DNA of 64,000 bases, from contig CM060731.1 in assembly GCA_030704615.1 (NCBI GenBank), positions 92,752,001-92,816,000 on the forward strand, given 5' to 3'. The DNA comes from Takakia lepidozioides (taxonomy: Eukaryota; Plantae; Bryophyta). Both the position numbers and the translations under genes were made by a program. The notes beneath the pieces were generated by a model. It saw only the letters and a program-made list of their open reading frames with translations, was not told the origin of the DNA and did not search any database. Within the stretch, counting starts at the first letter, position 1. Every line of letters starts with the position of its first letter. Positions 61,854 through 64,000 of the stretch are shown here, in pieces.

Positions 61854-62699
61854 CTGTGTACAGACATCCAGAAAACTTTGTGATCAAGCTATATGAAATA
61901 AAAGTTTGTAGGAGACATCATAAAGTGTTTTTTCTTGCTTTCCTTCATTTTATCTCTCAATTGAGACTTTTTTGTTACATATGTCTTTGATCCATATATG
62001 TCGATAGTATCTTACCTCGGTATTCTACATTTCACGGATGATACAACCCTGACATGGGCTTCAGTAGGCACTCTTTGAAATTCGAAGACAACCTTATTTA
62101 TCTACCATTGCTCATGATCTCCTTTTCCCTTCTTGGTTTGTCACACTTACATACTTTCTGACCTTTGCCTTTTTTGGGATTTCCGGGTTTGCAGTTGCAA
62201 TCTGCATCACTCGTCGACTCCCAACCCGCGTGACGCCTATCACTCCTATATTCTCTCTGCACCTCCAGGTAAGCCATACTAGCGGCGTCAACCCCTGACA
62301 AAGGTAGCTTTTGTCCCTTTTTGTTCCGCTCAAACTGGGCGCGGGGTCAATGGCCACAAGGCTACGGCAAACAACGTCTTATGAGTACATTCTCACCTCC
62401 ATCATGTAACAAATGGTCATGCAATGGCGTCACACAGCAATACATATCTGTAAAAGGGAGAAGAGTAAGAGAAGAAAGCAAATCTATATTCTTAGCGTAC
62501 GCAGATATGGTGGACCCTGCTGCAGTGCCACATGCCATCTAAAAATATGCCGAGTCCCTGCCACAACGCATCACAGTACACACCATATAGCATTTTCTCA
62601 CATGAATGAATGATGTATCTTCTACCTCCGTAACTTTTGCTGGACTTCCAACGTCCTTCTTCTTTTCTTCGCTTTTCTTGTATGATGACTATCAAAGGT

Positions 62700-63415
62700 T
62701 CACTCAACCAGCTAACATGCAGAATTCAACATGAAAATTTAGGGCCGATTCTGATAAGAGGGAAAAATAGGGTGAAATGTGTTGAAGAAGGTGCCTTCAT
62801 TAGCAGTGCCTGATTTTATCAAGTGTGCCGCTGCTGCTGCAGCTTCCAGTTGACCATCTTCATCTCTCTTATCTGTTTTCGGGTACTTTCCTGCTGCCAC
62901 ATCGGCAGTAACTTGCAAAGTCACTCCAAAACCTCTCCAAAACACCACAGATCCACCCAACGAGCTAACTTACAAAATCCAATATGGAAATTCAGGGCCG
63001 AGTCTGATGAGAAGCAAAATAGGCTGAAATAGGTCGAAGAAGAGGTTGCCCTCACCACATTGTCCTCGACCTTGTGTCATGACCCATGGAGGATTTGACA
63101 CCATGAACCCAAGAGGACCTCTTGTGTTTGTGTCTGTGGTCAAGTAATGTCGGATTGGTCTGTGAGAACCACCATGGTGCAGCTGAGCGGGCAGAGATTG
63201 AAACACGGCCTGCTAAGACCAAGCCGACTCTCCAAGAACCTTGTAAACATCAGTAAGAATACCAAATCATGGTACTAACAGGAGCCGAGAGCCCACGTTT
63301 GCAGGATGGACAAACTTCTTCACATCGTACATTAAGAAAAACCCACACCTTGCGATTGCGGTTGTCCCACCATCGTGAAGGATCTTTGCGAAACTCATGC
63401 CAGCTCTGCTCCGTG
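62700..63415 (-). repeat. Inverted copy of the PDF-motif module of the first CACTA
   Basis: TEQSWHEFRKDPSRWWDNRNRK and adjoining DNA match 34252-34690; 62700-62860 matches ~49722-49870. Confidence 0.9.
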
Positions 63416-64000
63416 GCTCCAAGATAGAGGTTTGTGCTCGATAGCATCAACATTTTGACAAGGTCCTTTACTGAGGGGTGCTAGTGAGCTTCAGTAAGCA
63501 TCATGTCATCATAGGATCCAATGGCCTGCCTGCTATGACCTCCACAATTTGCAGCAAGCTAAAAACAAGAACTACTTCATGCAGCATTCCAACATAAATT
63601 CTCTGGACACTGCACTGAGCCCGAAACCCTGACTACTCAACAGCCTTTCTTCTTGACTGACCAGAGCATCCCCTCGATCGCCACCCTAGTTAGGCTCTCT
63701 GAGTAGAAGAGTGACAGTGAGAGCGTTCTTGAAAAGTATCGAATGAAATAGGTGGATGAAATCATCCAAATCCTTGCATGTAATGAAATCATCCAAAATA
63801 ATCAAAATTCATTCATGTAATGAAATCATCCATCAATGGATTTTCATAAGAGTCATGCAAATGACCTTATCTTGGTCAAATGGAGTTGACTATACCAATC
63901 TAAAAATTTAGAGTCATATGCATTATTGTTTAGAGTCATGTGCGTGACACATGATCACGACTCTATTCCAGTCAAATGACGTTGACCGGGATAGAGGCAT

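Larger units (their letters stand above)
58345..64000. mobile_element. Second CACTA-type element (left end seen; right end probably just beyond the window) with captured exons
   Basis: CACTAGTACAAAAAACGGG terminus; dense CATGAC/GTCATG subterminal repeats at 58365-58970 and again at 63850-64000. Confidence 0.7.

Noticed and set aside
62098-62357. Cys/Lys-rich ORF (CNCK...CKC) suggesting a CXC domain
   Set aside because: Too short and the Cys spacing is incomplete.

Overview
Eukaryotic, transposon-dense genomic DNA, most likely from a non-seed land plant (inferred from spliceosomal introns, PLS-class PPR and OSB-type PDF-motif fragments, and the TE lineages present). It holds no intact ordinary host gene. 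Left to right: a decayed copy of a methyltransferase gene (0.9-2.9 kb); a deleted non-chromoviral Ty3/gypsy copy (5.9-18.0 kb) with a full-length chromovirus inside it (6652-13624, TSD CTTTG); a CACTA Tnp2 pseudogene (18.8-20.5 kb); an 11.4-kb Mutator-like element (21352-32717); a non-autonomous CACTA (33260-51378, 24-bp TIR, TSD CAA) carrying PPR and PDF-motif fragments and hosting a full-length non-chromoviral gypsy with a ~1185-codon extra ORF (34744-47825, TSD TGCGA); a SINE; a head-to-head pair of unknown paralogous ORFs; a LINE fragment; and a second CACTA-type element from 58345 onward with captured host exons. Main finding: the Mutator-like element (imperfect TIRs, 9-bp TSD) encodes an uninterrupted 1179-aa GCM-like/MULE-DDE/SWIM transposase. 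Divergent from it is a predicted 10-exon, ~1105-aa cargo gene fusing a ParB/Srx-like domain (DGNHR) to a prokaryote-type beta-class N4/N6 DNA methyltransferase domain. Its first intron carries an array of CGCCGGCGGA motifs. The catalytic motif is non-canonical (DCPT) and this copy has two 1-nt frameshifts, so activity is unproven.
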